Shown here: positions 41,017 through 49,879 of the stretch, piece by piece
How positions within the stretch are numbered: the stretch's first letter is position 1
How the letters are laid out: each line of letters opens with the position of its first letter
Assembly: GCA_045863295.1 (NCBI GenBank)
Contig: BTWA01000007.1
Location: 104,469 to 168,468 of the forward strand
Source of the DNA: Candidatus Hydrogenedentota bacterium
Lineage (GTDB): Bacteria > Hydrogenedentota > Hydrogenedentia > Hydrogenedentales > SLHB01
Direction: 5' to 3'
DNA: 64,000 nt
Made by a program: the position numbers and the translations under genes
The notes under the pieces: generated by a model
The model's database searches: none
Told to the model about the DNA's origin: nothing
What the model saw: the letters and a program-made list of their open reading frames with translations, nothing else

Positions 41017-41223
41017 CGCACGTGGGCGAGGCGAGTGGGCGGGGGCGCGCATCATTTTATTTGTTTTGGTCTTTCTTGCATACGCTCTCGGTGTGCGGAT
41101 GGGCAGAATTACAAGGGTGAGGTATAAGAGCACACGCTTGAAGAATGCTAGATGAGTGATCCGTAATCGAGTACCGGAGCGAGTCGCCCGGTTGGAAGAA
41201 CAGTGCGATGCCAGGAGGTGTGG

Positions 41224-41961
41224 ATGACCGAAGCATTGATGCCGATAGAACTGACCGATCGTGAAGTGGAATTCTACCGGACCGAGGGCTATTTGGTTAT
41301 ACCAGACCTGCTGCAACTCGGGGCGGCGGATCATCTGCGTGATGAGGTTCTTGGGATACTTGAAGTGATTGGCCTTGGTAAGACCAAACTTCGTCAGACC
41401 AAGCAGTACCTTGCGGGCGGGTATATCGATGGGCTGGTCAATAGTCCTGTGCTGCTGTCGCTGGCATCCCGGCTCATGGAGGGGCCGAGCACGCTGCATT
41501 CGCCTTTTACGGCGGTGAAAAGTCCGGGCGGGACTGAGTTTCATTTTCATCAGGACAATCAGTACACGCGATTCGACGGTCCGGGGATCAACTTCTGGTT
41601 CGCGCTTGAAGACATGTCGCCGGAGAATGGGTGTCTGCTGATAGCGCCGCGGACGCATTTGAATGGAACCATTACCGGCGTCGAAAGTCCGGACAAGGAC
41701 GGCCATCGCACGGTGGAAAACGAGCCGGCGTACTTCTTTCCGTTACGCATGCGCGCTGGCGATTGCGTGGCGTTCAGCCGGTTGACCGTGCATGGTTCGG
41801 GGTACAATGCCAGCGGCCGGCCGCGCGTGGCCTATGGCATACAGTTTTTCCGCGACGATGTTAAGGCGTTGCATTCGGATGGTGAATGGCGATTGCTGAA
41901 GGAGTTTCCGAAAATCGATCCGGGTCCGGTGGAGAAGATTGAAGCGGACAACAAGGTGTAA
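41224..41961 (+). CDS. Phytanoyl-CoA dioxygenase (PhyH) family Fe/2OG oxygenase
   Basis: FYRTEGYLVI; FHQD; ENGCL..AP.TH; VHGS..N. AGGAGG RBS. Confidence 0.9.
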   Translation: MTEALMPIELTDREVEFYRTEGYLVIPDLLQLGAADHLRDEVLGILEVIGLGKTKLRQTKQYLAGGYIDGLVNSPVLLSLASRLMEGPSTLHSPFTAVKSPGGTEFHFHQDNQYTRFDGPGINFWFALEDMSPENGCLLIAPRTHLNGTITGVESPDKDGHRTVENEPAYFFPLRMRAGDCVAFSRLTVHGSGYNASGRPRVAYGIQFFRDDVKALHSDGEWRLLKEFPKIDPGPVEKIEADNKV

Positions 41962-41967
41962 GAAATT

Positions 41968-42012
41968 GGGACCTAAGGGACCTTTGAGTCCTTAGGGACC
42001 TTAGGGCCCAAT
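41968..42012. repeat. Five degenerate 9-bp tandem units (consensus GGGACCTTA), also self-complementary
   Basis: GGGACCTAA GGGACCTTT GAGTCCTTA GGGACCTTA GGGCCCAAT. Confidence 0.7.
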
Positions 42013-42070
42013 GCACCATTTGTCCTTGGCGTGAACAGTTCTATGCTGTGCGCAATTGGAGGCTGCCATT

Positions 42071-42547
42071 ATGCCCGCATTTCAGTTCACGGTGAATGGC
42101 GAATCGAGATCAGTCGATACCGATCCCGATCGGTCGCTGCTTGAAGTGCTGCGCGAGGACTTGGGCCTGACGGGCGCCAAGTATGGCTGTGGCGAAGGCA
42201 GTTGCCGGGCGTGCACGGTGCTGGTGGATGGTCGGCCTTTGGCGTCCTGTCAGGTCCCCGTGGCCAAAGCCGAAGGGAAGTCCATCACGACTATTGAGGG
42301 TCTCGCGGACGGCGACTTGTTACATCCCATCCAGCAGGCATTTGTCGACGAACATGCCATGCAATGCGGTTATTGTGTGCCGGGCATGATTCTAACGGCG
42401 GAGGCACTGTTGCGCACGAATCCGGAGCCTTCCCGCGATCAAATTGTTGAATTCATGAACGGAAATCTCTGCCGCTGTTGTAACTACATAAACCTTGTGC
42501 AGGCGGTGGAGCGCGCGGCGCAAACAATGAAGGCGGCGGTGTCATGA
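42071..42547 (+). CDS. (2Fe-2S) small subunit of a xanthine-oxidase-family molybdoenzyme (CoxS/IorA-like)
   Basis: GAKYGCGEGSCRACTV; QCGYCVPG; NLCRC. GGAGG RBS. Confidence 0.95.
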   Translation: MPAFQFTVNGESRSVDTDPDRSLLEVLREDLGLTGAKYGCGEGSCRACTVLVDGRPLASCQVPVAKAEGKSITTIEGLADGDLLHPIQQAFVDEHAMQCGYCVPGMILTAEALLRTNPEPSRDQIVEFMNGNLCRCCNYINLVQAVERAAQTMKAAVS

Positions 42548-44679
42548 GTACGGAACCGTATCCCATCGAGCCTGAGCGGTTCGAGTTCAGCGAACCTCCA
42601 CGTTACCATTTCGCGATCACGCGCCGTTCGTTTGTAAAAGTTGCCGGCGCAGGACTGCTGATCACTCCGTGGCTTCCGGCCGCGCTCGCGCAGGGTCGCG
42701 GGGGCGACCGGCCGGAGCGGGGACGGTTTCACATCGATGCCGATGGGTCTGTCACCGTATTCACTGGAAAAGTGGAAGTAGGGCAGGGTGCGCGGACTCA
42801 GATCGCGCAAGCGGCGGCGGAGGAGTTGCACTTGCCTTTGAAGCGGGTGCGCGTGGTGATGGCGGATACATCGATTGTGCCCGACGATGGCGGCACCTAT
42901 GGGAGCCAGACCACTCCGCGAACGATTCCGCGAGTGCGTCAAGCAGCGGCATTGGCCAGACAGTTGCTTGTCGAATTGGCGTGCGACCATTGGGGAACTC
43001 CGCCGCATGCCGCGAGCATGGTAGATGGTGTCATTGTTCATACCGATGGACGTCGCATGTCGCTAGGCGAACTCGTGGCTAAGACAAAGGATATCGATGC
43101 AGCGCTGGCGACCACCTCCGGCGCACAAACGGAGGTGTCGTTGCCTCAATCGTGGACGGTTATGGGGCAGCCGGCCGTTAAGCCGAGTTCCATTGCGATT
43201 GTCATGGGAGCGCATCAGTATGCCTCCGACATGCGCAAGCCGGGCATGTTGTATGGCGCGGTACTGAGGGCGCCAACGATCGGCGCGGAACTGACAGCCG
43301 TCGACACAACGGTAGTTTCATCCTTTCCCGACGTAGTCGTGGTGCATGATGGGTCATTTGTGGCGTGCGCGGCTCCGAAATCGCACGCGGCCCGCAAAGC
43401 CGTGGAGGCAATTGCCGCGACGGCACGTTGGACAACACCCGAACATCCATCCAGTGCAACGTTGCTTGACTATCTAAAGACGCACACGGTTGACGGTTCT
43501 GGGCGTCAGCGGTCGCGGGTGCAGTCCGAAGGGGATGTGGACGCGGCACTGGCTGGAAATGCGAACGCGATTCGTGAGACGTATTTCATTCCCTACATTC
43601 AGCACGCTCCTCTGGAGACACGATCCGCTTTTGCCGAATGGGACGGGGAGCGCGTGACCGTATGGACCGGGACCCAGCGGCCATTTGATGTTGGGGAGGA
43701 AGTGGCCGAGGCGTTTGGGATTTCTTCCGCGCAAGTACGGTTAATCGTGCCCGATACGGGCGGCGGTTTTGGCGGGAAGCACTCCGGTGAAGTGGCCATT
43801 GAAGCGGCGCGCCTGGCCAAGGCGGCGGGAAGGCCTGTTTCGCTGCAATGGAGCCGGGAGGAAGAATTTGTTTGGGCGTATTGCCGACCGGCCGGCGCGA
43901 TGGATATTGCGGCTGCGCTGGATGCCGATGGCCGAATCGTCGCCTGGGATTTTACGAACTACAATTCCGGTGGATCCGGGTTGGAGTGTCCGTACGTCGT
44001 CGCTAACAAGCGGACCAGAGTGCAGCCGTGCGAGTCTCCGTTGCGGCAAGGGTCGTATCGTGCTTTAGCGTCGACGGGCAATAATTTCGCGCGAGAAACG
44101 TTTATGGACTTATTGGCGGCAGAAGCGCTTCGCGACCCCGTTGCCTTTCGTGTGGCGCATTTGGACGACGGGCGACTGAAGGATGTGCTGTTGGCTGTGG
44201 CGGAAATGGCGGGATGGGAGGACAGACGCACTACGATGAAGGACGGATCCGGCTTGGGCATTGCCTGCGGTACCGAGAAAGGATCCTTTGTGGCTACGTG
44301 CGCCGAAGTAGTACTGAGTGCAGATCGGAAGAATTATGTCATTCGGCAGTTGTGGGTAGCTTACGAATGTGGGGCTGTACACAATCCGCGCAATCTGCTT
44401 TCGCAAGTTGAAGGCGGCGTGATCATGGGGCTGGGCGCCATTTTCTCCGAAGAAGTGCATTTTGAAGGCGGCAAAGTTACGAATCCGCGATTCAAAGATT
44501 ACCGCGTACCTCAATTCGAAGACGTGCCGCCCATCGAAACGAAGGTGTTGAACAGGCCCGATCTGGACTCCGTTGGCGCGGGCGAGACCCCAATCATCGC
44601 CGTGGCTCCGGCGGTTGCGAATGCATTACTTCAGGCGACGGGGAAGGGTTTGACTGCGCTGCCGCTTCGGTTAATTTGA
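42544..44679 (+). CDS. Molybdopterin-binding large subunit (IorB/aldehyde oxidoreductase-like)
   Basis: ATGA overlap with the small subunit; TRRSFVK; GKVEVGQG; HAPLE; GGGFGGK; QVEGG; GAGE. Confidence 0.93.
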   Translation: MSTEPYPIEPERFEFSEPPRYHFAITRRSFVKVAGAGLLITPWLPAALAQGRGGDRPERGRFHIDADGSVTVFTGKVEVGQGARTQIAQAAAEELHLPLKRVRVVMADTSIVPDDGGTYGSQTTPRTIPRVRQAAALARQLLVELACDHWGTPPHAASMVDGVIVHTDGRRMSLGELVAKTKDIDAALATTSGAQTEVSLPQSWTVMGQPAVKPSSIAIVMGAHQYASDMRKPGMLYGAVLRAPTIGAELTAVDTTVVSSFPDVVVVHDGSFVACAAPKSHAARKAVEAIAATARWTTPEHPSSATLLDYLKTHTVDGSGRQRSRVQSEGDVDAALAGNANAIRETYFIPYIQHAPLETRSAFAEWDGERVTVWTGTQRPFDVGEEVAEAFGISSAQVRLIVPDTGGGFGGKHSGEVAIEAARLAKAAGRPVSLQWSREEEFVWAYCRPAGAMDIAAALDADGRIVAWDFTNYNSGGSGLECPYVVANKRTRVQPCESPLRQGSYRALASTGNNFARETFMDLLAAEALRDPVAFRVAHLDDGRLKDVLLAVAEMAGWEDRRTTMKDGSGLGIACGTEKGSFVATCAEVVLSADRKNYVIRQLWVAYECGAVHNPRNLLSQVEGGVIMGLGAIFSEEVHFEGGKVTNPRFKDYRVPQFEDVPPIETKVLNRPDLDSVGAGETPIIAVAPAVANALLQATGKGLTALPLRLI

Positions 44680-45126
44680 CTGTTCTCGTTCCAGAATTGC
44701 GACATCTACGAAGTCCTGAGGTCTGCCAGACGCCTTCTTATTGCGAATGAGATCCTCTCTTCCCAGGTACCTGACCGGTATCTCATCCAACAAAGCAGTG
44801 CGTGAATTCGGCCAGGCCTCCTCAAACGTCACGCCTGAAATCGAAGTCAGTATGTCTATTCGATTTGGCGCGACTCCAAGCTGAATCACTTGGTTTTCTA
44901 CCAGAAAATCTTTGGACTCAAGACCGAGAGAAGCAAAGCCAATGTGCTCGATGACTTGCATCATATTTGTAGCATTTTCATCACTCGTCCGCACAAAAAA
45001 ATCAATATCCTGGGTAAATCGTGGACGAGCATAGAAAGAATAGGCGTACGCGCCGGCGATAATGTATTCAACGTCGTTCGAATTTAACAATTCGATAAAC
45101 TTTCTCAAGTCTTTGTTGAGTCCCAC
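44671..45126 (-). CDS. Nucleotidyltransferase (pol-beta-like; AbiEii/DUF6036-like)
   Basis: YIIAGAYA...PRFTQDIDFFV; RIDILT; LIRNKKASGRPQDFVD. Confidence 0.85.
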   Translation of the reverse strand: MGLNKDLRKFIELLNSNDVEYIIAGAYAYSFYARPRFTQDIDFFVRTSDENATNMMQVIEHIGFASLGLESKDFLVENQVIQLGVAPNRIDILTSISGVTFEEAWPNSRTALLDEIPVRYLGREDLIRNKKASGRPQDFVDVAILEREQSN

Positions 45127-45262
45127 CCGTGCCTCGCTCGATTAGTTCCAAGAGTATGTCCATTCGTTGCTGTGGAGTCAGCTGCCGGTAGAAAGCCTCG
45201 TCGGCGACGTCCGCGGCCTGGAGCGACGCGAATCGTTGTATCACGGGTTCAATCATGGACAT
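45068..45262 (-). CDS. Small 64-aa protein, putative partner/antitoxin of the nucleotidyltransferase
   Basis: GAGGGG RBS; MSMIEPVIQRF...DEAFYRQLTPQQRMDILLEL...RLEKVYRIVK. Overlaps the NTase start. Confidence 0.7.
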   Translation of the reverse strand: MSMIEPVIQRFASLQAADVADEAFYRQLTPQQRMDILLELIERGTGGTQQRLEKVYRIVKFERR

Positions 45263-45294
45263 TGATGCCCCTCGATTAGCAGGTTTTCCCCAAT

Positions 45295-45303
45295 AGTATA
45301 GCA
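45295..45303 (-). promoter_or_regulatory. Extended -10 promoter TGCTATACT for the small-protein/NTase pair
   Basis: TGn-TATACT about 30 bp upstream of ATG 45262. Confidence 0.45.
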
Positions 45304-45734
45304 TAGGGCAGACGACGATATGCCAAGTCTTCGATAGTAAAGGTCTGTACGTTGAAGCAATTCTATATCGCCAAATAGTGAGAATGCGGAAACGTAGCTT
45401 CGCCAGCCCGGGATGTGGCAAAGTATGCATACACTTGTACTTGGTGGGCCTCCATACACTTTCAACAGGCGTTGCCGGAAAGGAAACCCAAACATGGGCC
45501 AAGTCACAATCCACAGCGAGGCAGTAACGAAGCGGTAGCCGCGCGAGTTCGAAGCGCTTATCGCAATTGATCATGCTTCCTTTCCGCGCCGGGCGACTTG
45601 TCCGGTGGCCCGCCTCTTTTCTTCCCTCGCCAATCCCCAAATCCAATCCTTCAGGCACGGGTCTGTACGGCCTCCAAATGCCTGTTGTATGCTCAATCAG
45701 GCCGGGCGCATTGCGCCCGAACGAGGGAAGAACC

Positions 45735-46802
45735 ATGACGTTAGAATCCTGGGGCTGGCGCCCCGAATGGGATTTTCAGTTTGATGCATTTCGCGCCGAG
45801 GGGCGCATGCCCGCGCGTGTGGTGCAGGAACACCGCGAGCGTTACATCATCGTAACTGCCGAGGGTGAGGTCCCGGCCGTGATCCCCGGCAAGACGCGGG
45901 ACGCCGCCGAAAGCCGCGCCGATTTTCCCGCCGTGGGCGATTGGGTCGCCGCTTCGCGCACGGACGACGGCAGCCTCTGTGTGATCCATGCCGTGCTGCC
46001 GCGCAAGAGCGTGTTCGCCCGCAAGGCACCGGGCGCTGTGACAGATCTCCAGGTCATTGCCGCCAACGTGGACGTGCTCTTTCTGGTGACCGGATTGGAC
46101 GGCGATTTCAATCCGCGGCGCGTCGAACGCTACGTGACCCTGGCTTGGGAAAGCGGCGCGAAACCTGTCGTGATCCTCAACAAGGCCGACATCTGCGCCG
46201 ATGTGTCGGAAGCTGTCGCGGCCATTGAATCCGTGGCGTTCGGTGTGGACGTGTTGCCTGTAAGCGCTCTCGCCGGCGATGGTGTGGATGCCTTGCGCGC
46301 CTTCTTTCAGGCAGGCCATACTATCGCGCTGGTGGGTTCGTCCGGTGTGGGAAAATCGACCATCGTGAACGCGCTCATGGGCGAGGAGCGCATGCGGACG
46401 AGCGCCGTGCGAGAAGACGACAGCCGTGGCCGCCATACTACGACCCACCGCGAACTCATGCTCGTGCCAGGCGGCGGAATCCTGGTCGATACACCCGGCA
46501 TGCGCGAACTCCAGCTTTGGGCCAGCGAGGAAAGTCTTGAGAAGAGCTTCGAAGACGTGGCGCGCTTTGCTGAACAGTGCCGCTTTCGCGATTGCACGCA
46601 CAAGGGCGAGCCGGGCTGCGCGGTGTTGGCGGCGGTGGAGTCTGGCGCACTTGGTCAGGCCCGCCTCGACAGTTACTTCAAATTGGGCCGCGAATTGCAG
46701 TATCTCGAGCGCAAAGAGGATGGCCGGCTTCAGTCTCTTGAGCGGGCGAAGTGGAAGGCGATTCACAAGCAGATCAAGGAGATATACAAGCACAAGCGCT
46801 AG
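45735..46802 (+). CDS. rsgA: Ribosome small subunit-dependent GTPase A
   Basis: AVGDWV; AANVD; NKAD; GSSGVGKST; GRHTTT; DTPGMRE; CRFRDCTHKGEPGC. Confidence 0.96.
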   Translation: MTLESWGWRPEWDFQFDAFRAEGRMPARVVQEHRERYIIVTAEGEVPAVIPGKTRDAAESRADFPAVGDWVAASRTDDGSLCVIHAVLPRKSVFARKAPGAVTDLQVIAANVDVLFLVTGLDGDFNPRRVERYVTLAWESGAKPVVILNKADICADVSEAVAAIESVAFGVDVLPVSALAGDGVDALRAFFQAGHTIALVGSSGVGKSTIVNALMGEERMRTSAVREDDSRGRHTTTHRELMLVPGGGILVDTPGMRELQLWASEESLEKSFEDVARFAEQCRFRDCTHKGEPGCAVLAAVESGALGQARLDSYFKLGRELQYLERKEDGRLQSLERAKWKAIHKQIKEIYKHKR

Positions 46803-46912
46803 TTACTCCGGCCGGCCCCGGTGATTGGAGGTGGCGTGCTCCTTTTGATATGGTACATGATGCAGTTTGCAGGGAGCCTCAAATTCGTCTGCTACGTAAG
46901 GTAGCCGCTTTG

Positions 46913-49864
46913 ATGAGTCGATTCATTCTCAGTGTTTTTTCTTTATTGATTTGTGCGTACGCCTTGGGGGTGGCCTGGGCGGATGATGCGGCACAATTCA
47001 AGGCGCATGTCGAACCCATCCTTGTCGGCAAGTGTATTACCTGCCATGGCGCTGACGCCAAAGGCGGCCTGGACCTCCGTTCCAAAGATACTTTTGAGAA
47101 GGGAGGGGAAAACGGCGCCATTTTTGTTGCGGGCGATAGTGCGAACAGCCTCATTGTTCAATATGTTCGTGAGGGGAAGATGCCGCCCAAGGCGCCCCTG
47201 AACGCCGGGGAAATCGCCGCCATTGAAGGTTGGATCGCATCCGGCGCCTACTTCCCGGAGTCGCCGTTGGATCCTTTTGCAGCGACGACGACAAAGCGCG
47301 CGGGATACGACTGGTGGTCACTTCAGCCGCTTCGGCCCGTGGAGCCTCCGGATGTTTCTACGCTTGCGCCGGGATCTCCATTTGCGGCGACATGGAATGC
47401 CCATCCAATCGATCAGTTTGTTTTTGCCAAGCTTCGAGATGCGGGTCTGGAGCCGTCCGGGCCAGCGTCTCCGCGCACGTTAATCCGGCGCGCTACGTTC
47501 GATTTGATCGGTCTTCCTCCGACACCGGAGGAAGTGTCTGCATTCCTTTCCGCGTGTGAGCAAGAGACGGGGAAGCCTGGAGTCGTGGGAGATGTGGCCT
47601 ATGCGGAACTCCTTGATCGGTTGCTGGCGTCTCCCCGGTATGGCGAGCATTGGGGCCGACATTGGCTCGATGTGGTGCGCTTTGGCGAGAGCAACGGCTA
47701 TGAAGTGAACTACATTATCGAAAATGTGTGGCCTTATCGTGACTACGTCATTCAGTCGTTTAACGAGGACAAGCCTTATGACCGGTTTGTGACCGAACAA
47801 TTGGCGGGCGATGCTCTAGAGCCCGGCAATCCCGAAATAGAGATTGCGACTGCGTTTCTTGTCTGTGGGCCCTATGACAACGTGGGCAATCAAGATGCCG
47901 TGCAGGCTGCGCAAATCCGGGCCAATTCCATTGACGATATGATACGTGCGACGAGCGAATCGTTTCTTGGGTTGACCGTCGGTTGTGCCCGATGCCACGA
48001 CCACAAGTTCGATCCGATTTCCCAAACGGACTATTACGGACTCTATGCGTCGTTTGCGGGGGTTTGGCATGGCGAACGCACAGTCGCCACTGAAGCACAG
48101 CTTGCTTCACGCCAGAGTGTTGTTCAGCCGTTGGAAGCCAAGCGCGACGCGATCGCGGCTGAGCAGGCTCAGCTGGTGGAGTCTGTGTTGGCCCGCGCTG
48201 AATCCAAGGCTGCGGAGTACGAGGCTCGCTGGACCCGCGAGAAGGTACTACGGAGCGGAACCGAAGAGACGTTTGCTCCTGTCGAAGCCAGATATGTTCG
48301 AATGACAAGCGAAGGCCGTGATGCCGACCCCAATGCGCCCTGGCCCTTCAAGATGGATGAATTCGACGTGTACACGGCTGGGCCCAATTCCCGCAATGTC
48401 GCGTTGGCTGCCCATGGAGGCAAGGTCACCGGAGTTAGCCGAAAGGCCGATGATTTTGGTGAGGCCTATCTGGTGGATGTGGTAATTGACGGTTCCTTTG
48501 GGGTTTCCTGGATTGCCCAAGGGCCGGAGTTGACTGTAGAACTCGCCAAGCCGGAGTTGATCGATCGCGTGCTCTTTTCCAGCGATCGCCCCAACGCCCT
48601 AGGTGACAATCCGGAAGCGGTTTTTGTCTGCGAATACCGGATAGACGTTTCGATGGACGGCCAGACTTGGACCGAGGTGGCTCATTCCCACGATCGTAAA
48701 CCTGTTCATGACGCACATCGCCGTACACGGCTTTTCAGGCTCGAAGCGACCGACGAAGAGAAAGCCCGCGTCGGGGAACTGGGCCTTCAGTTGAATGCGG
48801 CGAAGGACGCGATCGCCGCGGTGCCTGCTTTGCCACGGTTTTGGATAGGCGAATTGAAACAGCCGGTAGAGCCGTTTTATGTCTTTGCCGGAGGCGATCC
48901 GCAGCGCAAAGGAGAGCGCGTGTTGGCTTCGTCCATGAAATCCTTGTCCGCGGGCGAAATTGGCTTTGCCTTGGATGAGGCGGCGCCCGAACGAGATCGG
49001 CGCCTAGCCCTTGCGAGTTGGATCGTAGCCAAGCAAAACCCGATTACGCCCCGTGTTATTGTCAACCGCCTTTGGCACTATCATTTTGGGACCGGCATTG
49101 TGTCCACGCCCAGTGATTTTGGCTTCATGGGGAGTTCTCCAACGCATCCCGAGTTGCTGGACTGGCTGGCCAATGAATTGGTTGATCCGGGGTATGGCCC
49201 ATTGACGGGGAAAGAGGCATGGCGGCTGAAACGGTTACATCGGATCATCATGCGCTCACAGACTTATCGTCAGGGATCTCAGTATCGCGAGGACGCTTCC
49301 CGAATAGACGGAGACAGCCGGTTCTTATGGCGGTTTCCGCCACGGCGGCTCTCAAGCGACTCGATTCGCGACAGCATCCTGTCTATTGCGGGGAAGTTGG
49401 ATACGGAGGCCATGGGCGGCCCCGGTTTCCGGTTGTATGCGTATTGGCGCGACAACGTATCGACTTATGTTCCGCTAGACAAGCACGGACCGGAGACCTA
49501 CCGGCGCGCGGTATATCATCAACATGCGCGCGCGGAACGTATCGATTTGTTGACTGATTTTGATTCGCCCGACTGCGCCATGCCGGCTCCAGCCCGCGCT
49601 TCAACGACTTCGCCGTTACAGGCGCTCACGTTGATGAACCACAGCTTTACCCTCGATATGGCGTCTTATCTTCAGGAACGTCTGGAGCGAGAGTCGGGTA
49701 TGTCGAATCGCGTTGCACAGGTACAAAGGGCGTTTCAATTGGCGTTTGCGCGTCCGCCCAGCGAATTGGAATTGACTGCATCCATCGTGACCATTGAAGC
49801 TCACGGAATGCAGGCGTTTTGCCGTGCTCTTCTAAATGCGAACGAGTTGATGTTTGTGGATTAA
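46913..49864 (+). CDS. PSCyt1 / DUF1549 / discoidin-like insert / DUF1553 protein
   Basis: [38 protein letters not shown] and NVALAAHG beta-sandwich; RVIVNRLWHYHFG; SPLQALTLMN. Confidence 0.92.
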   Translation: MSRFILSVFSLLICAYALGVAWADDAAQFKAHVEPILVGKCITCHGADAKGGLDLRSKDTFEKGGENGAIFVAGDSANSLIVQYVREGKMPPKAPLNAGEIAAIEGWIASGAYFPESPLDPFAATTTKRAGYDWWSLQPLRPVEPPDVSTLAPGSPFAATWNAHPIDQFVFAKLRDAGLEPSGPASPRTLIRRATFDLIGLPPTPEEVSAFLSACEQETGKPGVVGDVAYAELLDRLLASPRYGEHWGRHWLDVVRFGESNGYEVNYIIENVWPYRDYVIQSFNEDKPYDRFVTEQLAGDALEPGNPEIEIATAFLVCGPYDNVGNQDAVQAAQIRANSIDDMIRATSESFLGLTVGCARCHDHKFDPISQTDYYGLYASFAGVWHGERTVATEAQLASRQSVVQPLEAKRDAIAAEQAQLVESVLARAESKAAEYEARWTREKVLRSGTEETFAPVEARYVRMTSEGRDADPNAPWPFKMDEFDVYTAGPNSRNVALAAHGGKVTGVSRKADDFGEAYLVDVVIDGSFGVSWIAQGPELTVELAKPELIDRVLFSSDRPNALGDNPEAVFVCEYRIDVSMDGQTWTEVAHSHDRKPVHDAHRRTRLFRLEATDEEKARVGELGLQLNAAKDAIAAVPALPRFWIGELKQPVEPFYVFAGGDPQRKGERVLASSMKSLSAGEIGFALDEAAPERDRRLALASWIVAKQNPITPRVIVNRLWHYHFGTGIVSTPSDFGFMGSSPTHPELLDWLANELVDPGYGPLTGKEAWRLKRLHRIIMRSQTYRQGSQYREDASRIDGDSRFLWRFPPRRLSSDSIRDSILSIAGKLDTEAMGGPGFRLYAYWRDNVSTYVPLDKHGPETYRRAVYHQHARAERIDLLTDFDSPDCAMPAPARASTTSPLQALTLMNHSFTLDMASYLQERLERESGMSNRVAQVQRAFQLAFARPPSELELTASIVTIEAHGMQAFCRALLNANELMFVD

Positions 49865-49879
49865 CGGAGTTTTTCACGC

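Noticed and set aside
41017..41160. Hydrophobic reading frame IILFVLVFLAYALGV in the intergenic gap
   Set aside because: No suitable start codon or RBS; it probably reflects a T-rich tract.
40585..41706. 373-aa minus-strand ORF spanning three genes
   Set aside because: Overlaps three recognisable plus-strand genes and has no domain signature.
45263..45736. N-terminal 158 aa of the 222-aa ORF 45068..45736, and the upstream extension of rsgA from 45567
   Set aside because: Not protein-like. Better RBS-supported starts exist at 45262 and 45735, so this is a divergent promoter region.
45741..46793. 350-aa minus-strand ORF
   Set aside because: Antisense shadow of rsgA.
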